A stretch of DNA of 64,000 nucleotides from Eledone cirrhosa (lineage: Eukaryota), in the NCBI GenBank assembly GCA_964016885.1, contig OZ024740.1, forward strand, positions 125,054,001 to 125,118,000, read 5' to 3'. Both the position numbers and the translations under genes were made by a program. This document shows, piece after piece, positions 39,392 through 52,822 of this stretch (its first letter is position 1; each line of letters begins with the position of its first letter). A model generated the notes under the pieces. The model was given only the letters and a program-made list of their open reading frames with translations. It searched no databases and was not told the DNA's origin.

Positions 39392-40276
39392 TTAGATGAA
39401 GTCCAGATGTCTAGTTTCTCTGGGCGAGTATTTGTCTGCTTTAGTTCGAAGAGCAAACGTCAAAGGTTTATGATCAGTGAAAATTGTGAACATTCTACCT
39501 TCAAGAACATGAGCAAAATGTTTCACTGATAAATAAATTGCTAATAGCTCCCTTCCAAAGGTGCTATAGCGAGTTTCGGCAGGCTTTAACTTTCTCGAAA
39601 AGAACTCGAGTGGTTGCTGTAAACCCTCACACTTCTGCTGTAAGGCTGCGCCCACGGCGCTATCCGAAGCATCAACACAGAGCGACAGCTCGGCGTTGGG
39701 CATGGGGTGGGCGAGCAAAGATGCTGTCGCTAACGCTTTCTTCACTTTCTCAAAATCCGCCAGGTGCGTTGCATTTAATGAAATGTTCATATTCTTCCGT
39801 CGACAGTTTTTAAACATTTCTGTCAACGAGGACAGTAAGCTGGAACAATTAGGCACCAATCGCCTATAAAAATTCACAAGGCCCAAGAATTGCCGTAATT
39901 GTAGAAGTGAACTTGGCGGAGGCAAATTCAAAATTGCCTTAACTTTTTCCGGAAGGGGCCGAATACCATCGGCATCAATAAGATGGCCCAAAAATGTTAG
40001 CGATGTCGAGCCGAAAACACACTTAGCGGCATTAACACGAACATTATATTTCTGTAAACGCCGAAATAAGATATCCAAATGTTTGGAATGTTGTTCAGGA
40101 GAAGAACTAGCAATCAGTACATCATCGAGATACGTGTAAACAAAATCGAGACCACGAGTGACATCATCCATGAATCGTTGGAAAGTACTTGCAGCATTTC
40201 TAAGTCCGAAAGGCATAGTGAGGAACTCGAATGATCCGAAAGGAGTGGCAATAGCAGTCTTTGGAATATCCTCCAA
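39392..40276 (-). pseudogene. Gypsy RT/RNase H, with the RT N-terminal motifs deleted
   Basis: MPFGLRNA, YLDD, VDAS, RELLA, TDHKPL; PPVFSRPRR is joined almost directly to EDIPKTA. Confidence 0.93.
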
Positions 40277-40501
40277 TAGCAGTCTTTGGAAAATCTTCGA
40301 GGACGTGAGAAAACGGGTGGACCTGTAGTAGATATAAAATGTTCAATCACATGATCCGGACTAGCAATTCGTAATCTTCCTTGTATCAGCTGTGGGAATG
40401 ATTTTAACAAACTGTGATACTGGTTTCCCACTTTAGCCAAGAAAAAAGCAGGGCTTACTGTGGCGATCTCCGGCTTTGAACCCTCGAACGATAGGCCTGT
40501 A

Positions 40502-40830
40502 TTAGCATAAAAAAAGTCGTTGTCTGCGGATGTCAATCGACAAGGAAAAATGGTGGAGGAAATCCGCTCCCAAAATGGCGTATGGCAAGTCGGCGATAGT
40601 AAACTTCCACTTCAATTCACGACACAAATGTTTAAACCGAGGAAGCGAAATTTGCCCGTACGTTCGAATGTTCGTGTTGTTGATTGCTCGTAAATTGATA
40701 TTTGATTCAGATGGGTTTTTTTTAAGATAACTCACTGGCCAAATACTTAGTGACGCGCCAGTGTCGACAAGAAAAAACTTTTTTGACTGCAGATCGTACA
40801 CAAAAAGATGACGGTTTGGTCGAGTTTCTC
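40502..40830 (-). pseudogene. Gypsy aspartic protease
   Basis: FLVDTGASLS...ILGADFL. Confidence 0.9.
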
Positions 40831-40848
40831 AGAGTTCACGAGCCGCCC

Positions 40849-41670
40849 TTAGTGGCTCTGATTGGCGTTTTCCGTACTCCTATAGTTACAAGGCGCCCGA
40901 CTGCCAAAGTTAACATGATACCAACAAATCGAAGAATTACTGCTGCCTGAAGTGTAGTGTTGGCGAGGAACAGAAGACGGTGGCGAACGGTACTCGTAGC
41001 GGTTTCGAGGAATAGCAGACGGAGGCGAACGGTACCTTAAACGTTGAGAAGGCTCTCTATGTTGTACGGTCAAATCCTCCACTTTTTTGGTAAGCGCTTC
41101 GATCATCTCCAACAGTTTGCTGTCGGCCACAGAAGAATTGCGTGGGGGAACAGAAGAAGAAGCCACACAAAGATTATGCCGACTGCTGTTAGAGTCCACC
41201 TCTAGTATTCTATCCGCGGATGCGGCAAGTTGATCTAACGATTCCCTCTCCAAATTATTGACCAAGACGATTTGCGCACTTGGCGGTAAACGAGAGAAAA
41301 ATAGTTGTTTGAGGAATGGGGTGTCCATCCCCTGGGAGTCGCTCAACTCCCGCAGATGTCGCAAATAGGAGCTTGGCGTCCTGTCACCCATTTGCGCATC
41401 ATCTAACAATTCCCGGAAACGACTTTCCGCTGACTTGGTATTCCTCCGAATAATTCCCCCTTTCAACGAGCCATAAGTAACGTCTGCGGCTAAATTGGTT
41501 ATCACGTCCTTCACGGAATATGCCAACGACACAGGCAAGCCACTAACTAGTACCTTCAGTTTATGTTGTTCTTTGGTTTTGGTTAAATCAAAATAGCATT
41601 CAAGCTGCAAAAACCATAACTTGATGTCGTCTGCGAAGGACGGCAAATGATGTTGATTCATGATGCCCAA
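40849..41670 (-). CDS. Gypsy Gag
   Basis: LPSF...LWFLQLE, MGDRTPSSYLRHLR, LFFSRLP, CWYHxxFG..A.C. Confidence 0.88.
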   Translation of the reverse strand: MGIMNQHHLPSFADDIKLWFLQLECYFDLTKTKEQHKLKVLVSGLPVSLAYSVKDVITNLAADVTYGSLKGGIIRRNTKSAESRFRELLDDAQMGDRTPSSYLRHLRELSDSQGMDTPFLKQLFFSRLPPSAQIVLVNNLERESLDQLAASADRILEVDSNSSRHNLCVASSSVPPRNSSVADSKLLEMIEALTKKVEDLTVQHREPSQRLRYRSPPSAIPRNRYEYRSPPSSVPRQHYTSGSSNSSICWYHVNFGSRAPCNYRSTENANQSH

Positions 41671-41993
41671 AGATTTGATGAATTTTTAAGGCCAAATTAT
41701 TTCTTCGAAGCAGCTATGCGATCAACAAATGACACTGAAATGCAAAATATTATTCACGCGAATTCAACTGAAATTCTTTTTGAAAATTCTCGCCGGCCAA
41801 AATAAAATTGCATAATAAAAAAAATTATTTTCCATGAAAATTATTTGGTAAGAAAATCCCAAGTTGGCTGATTGAAAAATGTGTTTGAGATGAAGAAGCC
41901 GTCATGTGGCACGATGCAGCCAATCAGATGGCTGGGATTTAAGAAGACAAGCTGTACGCGGGAAAACTATGCTTGCAAGGCAAGTTGTTCTTA

Positions 41994-42006
41994 GTCTGGG
42001 TCACAA
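41994..42006 (-). promoter_or_regulatory. Primer-binding site, degenerate tRNA-Trp type
   Basis: Minus strand TTGTGACCCAGAC versus expected TGGTGACCCCGAC, directly after the 5' LTR. Confidence 0.6.
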
Positions 42007-42007
42007 A

Positions 42008-42804
42008 TTTAGTGAATTGGTCACAGGATTATTTACTTTGGTAAACGCCACTGCAGGCCAACCACTAATTAAATTCGATACAGATATAATAAGGTTAACA
42101 AACTTACTCGTGAGTGAACTGACCGAGAGCCGGTCGCCAAATAAGCATGGTAAATTAAATGTTATTGAGACACGAGTAACATAATAATGATTTCAACAGC
42201 AGAAATTAGAGATGAAATGTATGTTTATTTTTGTTGTAGCACAAATAATTGTTTCTACTTTAGGCACAAGGCCAGCAATTACCCAGTGCGTTACTGGTAC
42301 TTTATTTCATCGAACCCGTAAGGATGAAAGGCAAAGTCAACCTCGGCGGGATTTGAACTCAGATCGTAAAGGGACATAACTATGCTGGAAAGCATGGCGT
42401 CCATCTCTCTAACGATACTGCTAATTCGCACAAATAATTGTTTCTACTTTTGGCACAAGGCCAGCAATTTCCCAGTGTATTACTGGTACTTTATTTTATC
42501 GACCCCGTAAGGATGTTGGTTAACTTGTATGGTTGAAGTTACACATAAAAATAAGGTTACAGAAGGGAATGTGTCATTGCGCCGGAAAGCCGGCAGGCTA
42601 AGGTGCAAAATCTCACCGTCACATGTTGTACGTGTTGCTGGTTCGAAGTCTCTGGTGCGAGAGAGAGATTCTTCAAATCTTCGCGGGTAATTTCTCCCTC
42701 AGGACGCGTAGGGATACATCCTTTTCTACTTGCGCTGATTGGCTGAGCTGAGCCAAATCACGCACAGAGAATGTATGTGAACCCGCGGAATGTAGGTCAC
42801 TACA
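42008..42804 (-). repeat. 5' LTR (contains SINE pieces at ~42245-42428 and ~42433-42516)
   Basis: Direct repeat of 36676-37482. Confidence 0.95.
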
Positions 42805-43926
<1,122 letters not shown>

Positions 43927-44834
43927 TATATACTACGCTCCTCCACAAGTAGAGCACTTATTGCGATTCCACCATGGAAAAATTCAATTACTCTTCCTCT
44001 TTAAAGGACATCCCGATCCCGTCTGACAACAGGTACATGAGCCTACTGATACACCACACCAACTCTTTCATTAGACGCATGAGATGGCGCGCATTTCACC
44101 ACGACAGAAAGACACAGAGACACACACCCGATAATCCTCAGGACCGCCTAATACGGATCTTTAGATCGTGACGACACCCACTACACAATGCACAGCTGGA
44201 AGCATTTGAGAACCGGATCATCAACATCGTCCGAAACATTAAATTCCGACATACGGATTACCTCCGGAGATTGAGCTCCACAATCAAAAACATGGAGGAG
44301 TGTCCGGATTTACTTGTGCCCTCGGACAAAACTGCTAATGTATACATGCTTGACCGTTTTACATACAACGACGGCATCGGGAAAGAGGTTAGGAAATATT
44401 ATAGGACCACAGGACAACTTAGACGACATTAACGCCATGACCAAAAACATAATGGCGAGGCTAGGAATAGATGATAGAACAGAACAATATGCACCTAGAA
44501 AACCTCGGATATCCATTAAGGATCATAAATTAGACTTTAGAACTAATCTACCTGTTAGGCTAATAGTACCCTCCAAATCAGACATAGGTGGGACCAGTAA
44601 GAATATCATAGACAGGATACTACCGGTACTTAGGAACAAAACTAGGCTTAACTTATGGACCTCCGCCAAGGAGGTAATTGACTGGTTCTCACTAATAGAT
44701 AGCAAACAGCAGGTAAATGTTATTCAATTAGACATAGTGAGTTACTACGCATCAGTATCACCTGCAATAGTGAACAAGGCCCTCATGAGCACCATGGCCA
44801 AGTCCAACCTCAAATAGGGAGGAGGTAAGCCTCA

Positions 44835-45019
44835 TAATTGTTTCTACTTTAGGCACAAGGCCAGCAATTACCCAGTGCATTACTGGTACTTTATTTTATC
44901 GACCCCGTAAGGATGAAAGGCAAAGTCAACATCGGCGGGATTTGAACTCAGATCGTAAAGGGACGTAACTATGCTGGAAAGTATGACGTCCGACCCTCTA
45001 CCGATACTGCCAATTCACC
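44835..45019 (-). mobile_element. SINE family A inserted in the Naiad B RT
   Basis: 12-bp TSD aagcctcataat at 44827-44838 and 45020-45031. Confidence 0.95.
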
Positions 45020-47093
45020 AAGCCTCATAATAGCAGCCAGAAAGACGCTAATTAGCTTCGAAGACAAGTTATGTGAGAATAGGGATAGACACGACAGTTT
45101 CGATATTACTATGGGGTTGAGCGACTCTGTGCAGGTCACCGACCTGGTGGGGATCTATCTCCTCCAAGGATTAGCGGAGGAGATCCCAGGGACTGGCGGA
45201 GGAATATACAGAGACGACACACTTTTTACCTTCCGTTCCCTAAACCCCAGTCAGCTGGACTGTATGAGGAAGTGCATATCGCACTTTTTAAAGCAACACG
45301 GCATATCCGTGACAATAGATCCTAGCACTATGACGGTGAATTTCCTGGACGTTACCCTGGAAATGAATATGGGCATCCACCGACCTTATCACAAGCACAA
45401 TGAGAACTTGCAATATGTGAACAGGCAATCGAACCACACCAAATCAGTCATAGAACAAATAGTTAAAGGGGTATCGAAACGCGTATCCACCATGTCGGCC
45501 AATGCAGACGTGTTCTACAAGCACGCCGAATATTATAATGAAGCACTGCACAGGGCCGGTTACACAGAAAGCATAGTGTACACCACACACAGGGAAGAGC
45601 CTAGCACCAGGGCAGGCGGTTATGGTAATAGCAGTGGCACTTCCATAGGTAGAAGAAACGACCCGGTACTAGCCCCCAAGAACACGAGTAGCAGCATAAA
45701 TCACAGTAAGGACACAGGACCGACAATAGGACGTACGAAGACCCACACGGGTGACAGACCACCTAGAACACGCAGACAAGAGCCCGGCACACACACCACA
45801 TGTGTCGCGGAAACTAGAACTAGGGACAGGGTAAGTACAAGTACGGCCAAGGCACCCGGTAGAGGAAACTCCCGGCCCGATAGCAATGGTGTATCCCCGA
45901 CAACAGTACCTCATAGCAAAAACGAGACTAACAGTAAAGCCGGCAATACAAAACGGAATACCTTAGTAAGCAAAAGGCGAACCCCGACCGTCAACCGCGG
46001 CGGCAAAATGACCGTCCATCGGAGCACGGAGGGCCCCTCGCAGACCAGTCTTCCAACCACAACCCAGCCCTCGCGGCGGCCACCACACCCGCGAAAGACT
46101 GTACAACCCAACGCCGGGCGGGAATGAGTGGCGGAGGAGAAACCACCGTGTCGGCGGAACAACAAACCTGAGAATCCGGAGTGGGCCCCATGAGATCAGA
46201 GGCCAAGCGTCCAAAATGAACAACACAATGACAGATCGTGCAACTGCAGAGCGGGAACGCAGTGCCCCCTGCAGGAAAGATGCTTGACGAAGGGCCTGGT
46301 ATATAAATGTGTGGTTAGCACACACAATATGAAGTGCACCTACATTGGCGCAACATCCACGACCTTTAAATCGCGGATGTATAACCACACAAACTCTATC
46401 AAGGACCGGAATAAGAGACACTCTACTAGGCTGGCAGACCTGGTGTGTGACTTGAAGGACAAGGGCACCCTGTATCTCTTTGACTGGAGTATCGTCCAGC
46501 ACGCGAATGCATACTCAGTTGGAAACAGAAAGTGTAGGCTATGCCTATACGAGGCCATGGAGATAGTCAGACTGAAGGATGATGCGGTCAACCTGAAATC
46601 AGAAATAATCATGACATGCAGACACCAGAGAAGGTGCACACTCTCCGCATGGAATCTACCGGAAAGCCTAGGCTAAAGGCAAGCGGCGGAGCGTGCGCCA
46701 ACCAGAGCAGCGAAACGGGTTCTAGGGATCAGACAACATACACTGATGACTATATATGCCCCGTGGGGTAAACCGAAATAACCCGGGATGCATACCCAAC
46801 TCTGCACGTCACCTAGGGAAAGAACATAGCCCGAGCCGGTGCAGGCCGACCCTGATTCCACTGACTCCCAGTCAAATCCATTACACCTACAGGACAATAT
46901 ACCTCAACCACATTGACATACTCCAGTATGGCCGGTTCACGCACCCCCATGCATGTGTATCTTTTCAATAGAGAGTCCATACTCTCCACGTATCCCATCT
47001 TGTAACACATATTATATTGTCTATATATTTTCTGTATATCACATGCTTCTCCTGTGTAATATCTTATACGCATACACATTCCTCATTCTTTTT

Positions 47094-48620
<1,527 letters not shown>

Positions 48621-48657
48621 ATGTGAGAAAAACCACAAACACTCCATCTCAATTCTA

Positions 48658-48693
48658 CTTTTGAAAAGCAGAAAAACTGCGAAACCAGTAAAG
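48658..48693 (+). ncRNA. Minimal type-I HHR, U3-A8 covariant core
   Basis: ctt-TTGAAAA-gcag aaaaa ctgc-GAAA-ccag-TA-aag. Confidence 0.65.
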
Positions 48694-48723
48694 GAACCAA
48701 ATAAATATATATTTAAAAAAAAA

Positions 48724-48814
48724 AAGACTCCAGTTGCATTTTCGATTTCATCTTTTTTCCCTATATACATATATATAGAAAAAAAGATGAAATCGAAAAT
48801 GCAACTGGAGTCTT
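48724..48814. repeat. ~90-bp palindrome centred on a short TA tract
   Basis: aagactccagttgcattttcgatttcatctttttt / aaaaaagatgaaatcgaaaatgcaactggagtctt. Confidence 0.93.
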
Positions 48815-48995
48815 ATATGGAAAAAATATATATATATTTGAATGTTTTATATGGAAAAAAAGTGGCTCGAAATGCCAGGTTTTTAGAGAAGTAATTTCAT
48901 TGGTTGGTCAATAATTATAATAAATTTCGCGCCAGTTCGCGTTACAAAGTTCTTCAAACAAGGGGGGGGGCACAGGTTGTTTTTTTCATATATGA

Positions 48996-49392
48996 GTGTT
49001 TGAATTTCTTTTTACTTAAAAAAAGGGGCTCACGAAGGCTTTCTGTTAATAAACGTAATTTGATTGGTTATAAATGAAATTAGGGCTGTCACGTGAACAA
49101 GTTTTCATAAAATTTTCGTGCCCTTATTTGGAAATCTATTCTGTAGCCTTTTTAGAGAATTTTATGACAAGCAAAAGATAATGCTCAAGAGAAATTGGAT
49201 GGGAGAATTGTTCTGGTTCAGTGAATATGGTTAGTTCGCTGGGGTGTCAGAATTCAGATTTTCTATTGAATAAAGAAAGTAACGATATGTATGTTCATTT
49301 GTGTGCTTGTGTGTGGGTGTGTGTGTGTGTGTGTTTGAATTTCTTTTCACTTAAAAAAAGGGGCTCACGAAGGCTTTTTTAAATAAACGTAA
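48996..49392. mobile_element. ~335-bp unit with a ~62-bp terminal direct repeat
   Basis: gtgtttgaatttc...aaggggctcacgaaggcttt...aataaacgtaa at 48996-49058 and 49331-49392. Confidence 0.6.
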
Positions 49393-49728
49393 ATACGTTT
49401 ATTAAACGTGGTGTAGGACACCTCGGTTATTGTTCATTTTGTAAAATCAACCACACTTTCTAATACATATATATATGTGTATATATATATATATATACAA
49501 ATATAAATTAGCGAGAATCGTATTTCGGCTTTGGAAATTAGCGAAAAACAACTTCCGAGATGTGTGGCAAGCGCTTAATAATTCTAACGAACCAGAGCTA
49601 CAACATACGTTAAAAGGCCAAACACACTGATATATATAATGAAAAATTTGAACAGGGACAGAACAGAGAAGCAGTACAATAAATGTTTATTAAATTCACG
49701 CTCAGGAGAGTTTGGGGGTAGGTGGGGG

Positions 49729-49760
49729 ACGACGTTTCGGGCATAAGCCCTTCCTCAGGT
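49729..49760 (-). ncRNA. Minimal HHR motif in a solo PLE-like terminal fragment
   Basis: Minus strand: ac-CTGAGGA-agggc ttat gccc-GAAA-cg-TC-gt; canonical core, but helix I is only 2 bp. Confidence 0.6.
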
Positions 49761-49841
49761 GAGAAGTGTGTGGGAACAGAGTTCAAAAGGTGTGTAGGGG
49801 AGTGGTGGAGAGACATATAGCGAAAGGAAACGGTGCGAATG

Positions 49842-49875
<34 letters not shown>

Positions 49876-49878
<3 letters not shown>

Positions 49879-52822
49879 CCTCCTCCCCCGTCCCAGCCCA
49901 ACACACCCTGCCATTATTACCACCACCACTGTTCTTCTAGCCCTGAATTTTACTACCGGTATGGATTGATGAGCTGAGAATAAATTGGAGCAACTCTGAA
50001 TTAATAGATGAAATGAATATGAATCCGCGAGCTACCAAGCACCCATGTGAAGCACGAATCCAGAGAGAGGAAGCACACACACCCTGCAAAAATCGAGCCT
50101 TCCCTACGAGTGTCGACAAGTGCCCAAAACTCCGAGTTGATACCATCAATGTAAGCACAATGAAAGGAAGAGCAGGAGAAATCGTAGAAATGCTAGAGCG
50201 AGAGGAAATTGGTGTATGCTGTGTGCAAGAGACTAGATGGAGAGGCGAGTCTTCTCGAGTCCTTGTAGGAAAAAGTCGGTGCTACAAATTTTTCTGGGTG
50301 GGAAATGACGATGGGATGGGTGGTGTAGGTATACTACTAGCTGACAAATGGGTAGATAAAGTAATCTAAGTGTACAGGGTAAATGCAAGAATCATTAAAT
50401 TCAGACTAGTCCTGAATAAAACAATTACCACAATAATATCAGGTTACGCACCCCAATCGGGGTTGCCAGACGAACTTAAGGATAGATTGTACGAGTCCCT
50501 AATGCACACTACTGCTCTAACAAACGACAATGACTTCCTAATCATTGCAGGAGATTTTAACGGACACGTAGGTAAACACTGTGACGGCTTCAATAGAGTC
50601 CATGGAGACTATGGGGTTGGCACAAGAAATGAAGAAGGATTCAGACTTCTAGAATTCTGCGACGCCAATGACATGTCGATATGTAACACAAACTTCAAAA
50701 AACCCGACAACCACCTGATCACCTATAGATCAGGGGAGCATTCTAGTCAGATAGATTTTATCCTCATCAGAGGACGTGACAGATGGACGGTCGTAAACAC
50801 AAAAGCCTTCCCTAGTGAGGAATGTACCTCCCAACATAGCTTAGTTGTCAGCGACCTCAAAGTCAGAACTAGACGAACCTGGAAAAAGAGGCCAACCTGG
50901 AGAAGAAAGATCTGGAAGCTGAAAGACCCCTCAACTAGTAACAGATTTAAATTTATTTTACTCAACGCCTACGACAGTAAAGAAGAACAGATAGAGACAT
51001 TCAATGTAGAAGAGCACTGGGAGTTCCTAAAAAATAATTTACTAGAGGCGACGGATGAGGTCTGTGGCTGGAGTAAGACCACAAGCAGGAGGAGAGTGAC
51101 TTGGTGGTGGAACAATAAGGTAGATGAGGCAGTTAAGGCCAAGAGACAGGCATGGAAAGAATGGAAGAATGGGGGGAGCAGGGTACATTACATAGAGACC
51201 AAGAGGGAAGCTAGGCGACAAGTATACTTAGCTAGGAGGGAAGCAGAGGATAGAAAATTCAAGCATATTTTGAAACGTGAGGGCCAGAAACAGGAGGTGT
51301 TCAAGATTGCGAGGCAGTGTGTCACAGAGAATTGTGATGTCATTGGAGAGAAGTGTATCCGGAATGATAAAGGTGAGCTTGCCCTCACAAGTGCTGAGAA
51401 GAAAGATGCATGGAAGAGTCATTATGATAGATTACTAAATGAGGAGAATGCATGGGAAGAAGAGACCCTTCCCCAAGTAGACCCTATAGAGGGGCCAGCA
51501 GTACAAGTCAGCAGCAGTGTAGTAAGTAAGGCAATCAAAGATATGAAGATAGGGAAGGCAACCGGTCCATCGGGTATAGCTGAATCTATGGTAGAACTAG
51601 AGAAGAAATTCCAAACTTGGAAGCAGGGACTAGAAAGAAAGGGTCTCAAAGTCAACATGACAAAGACTAAGGTCCTTGTAAGTATACGAGAAAACAGAAC
51701 CCAGATCCCCTCAGGGAAATGGCTTTGCTCAGTATGTAGGAAAGGTGTAGGTAGCAACTCCATTCTTTGCCCCAAATGCAAACAATGGGTACACAAGAGA
51801 TGTAGCGGGATCTCAGGAAGCTTAATTAAGAATGTAGGCTTCACATGCAGCAGCTGTACTGGGACAGCAAGCAGCAAACGGCCACAGGAAACAAGTACCA
51901 CCAATCTCTGGGAGGGCTCTCTAGAAACAGTAGACAGCTTCTGCTACCTAGGTGACCGAATTAGCAGCGGAGGTGGGAGTTCAGAAAGTACAATAACTAG
52001 TATAAGAACGGGATGGAAGAAGTTTAGGGAACTACTACCACCGCTAGCTGCAAAGGCTTCTCCCTCAAAATGAAAGGCAGACTGTATGATGCATGTATCC
52101 GAACAGCGATGTTGCATGGTAGTGAGACTTGGACGCTGAAGCTGGAAGACTTATGTAGATTAGAGAGAAACGAACACTGCATGCTCCGATGGATGTGTAA
52201 TAGTAATATACGCGAACGACAAAGCATAAATGAATTGAGAGAGAGACTGAGCATAAGAGGAATCAAATGCTGTGTGCAGGAGAGGTGGTTGCGTTGGTAT
52301 GGACATGTGATGCGTATGAAGGATGACAGCTGCATAAAAAGGTGCAGAGCACTAGAAGTCGATGGAAACCGCGGAGTGGGGAGACCCAAGAAGACCTGGG
52401 ATGAGGTGATAAAAGCCGACCTTACCCAATTACACCTCTCAAAGGCGATGACACACGACCGTGACCTCTGGCGTCACGCAGTAATACAGAGTACCCGACC
52501 TCCCATGGGTACAAGCTGAAGCATATAGACAATATGCCCCCACACCCCCCACTGCAAGGTGGTCGTGTAGCTGCCACGGCAAAAAAAGCACCCAGCCCAC
52601 ACTGTAAAGTAGACGTGTAGGCGCCACGAAAAAGCACCCAGCACTCACTGTAAATGAGGTTGGTGTTAGGAAGGGCATCCAGCTCTAGAAATCAAGCCAA
52701 ATCAGTTCCTGTATGAGCAAGGCATGGTCAGCCGACCAGACACTGCCCACCTCAGGATAACCCATCTAACCCATGCTAGCGTGGAAGAACGGACTTAAAA
52801 CGGTGATGATGATGATGATGAT
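49876..52822 (+). mobile_element. RTE LINE family 1 with intact 5' and 3' ends and an in-frame deletion of the RT core
   Basis: APE motifs TINVSTM, VQETRW, GYAPQ, GDFNGHVG, QIDFIL, SQH; GPSGI fused to AESMVEL at ~51578; PHD finger; (GAT)n tail. Confidence 0.95.

Larger units (their letters stand above)
36676..42804 (-). mobile_element. Ty3/Gypsy LTR retrotransposon, full length but decayed, inserted in (TA)n
   Basis: LTRs 36676-37482 and 42008-42804; gag-PR-RT-RH-IN order on the minus strand; PBS and PPT present. Confidence 0.96.

Noticed and set aside
46667-46800. HHR-like strings in the Naiad B 3' UTR (cctaggCTAAAGG...GAAAcgggttctagg; caCTGATGA...GAAA)
   Set aside because: The first needs several core substitutions; the second lacks helix I/III pairing. 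Possible relics, not callable
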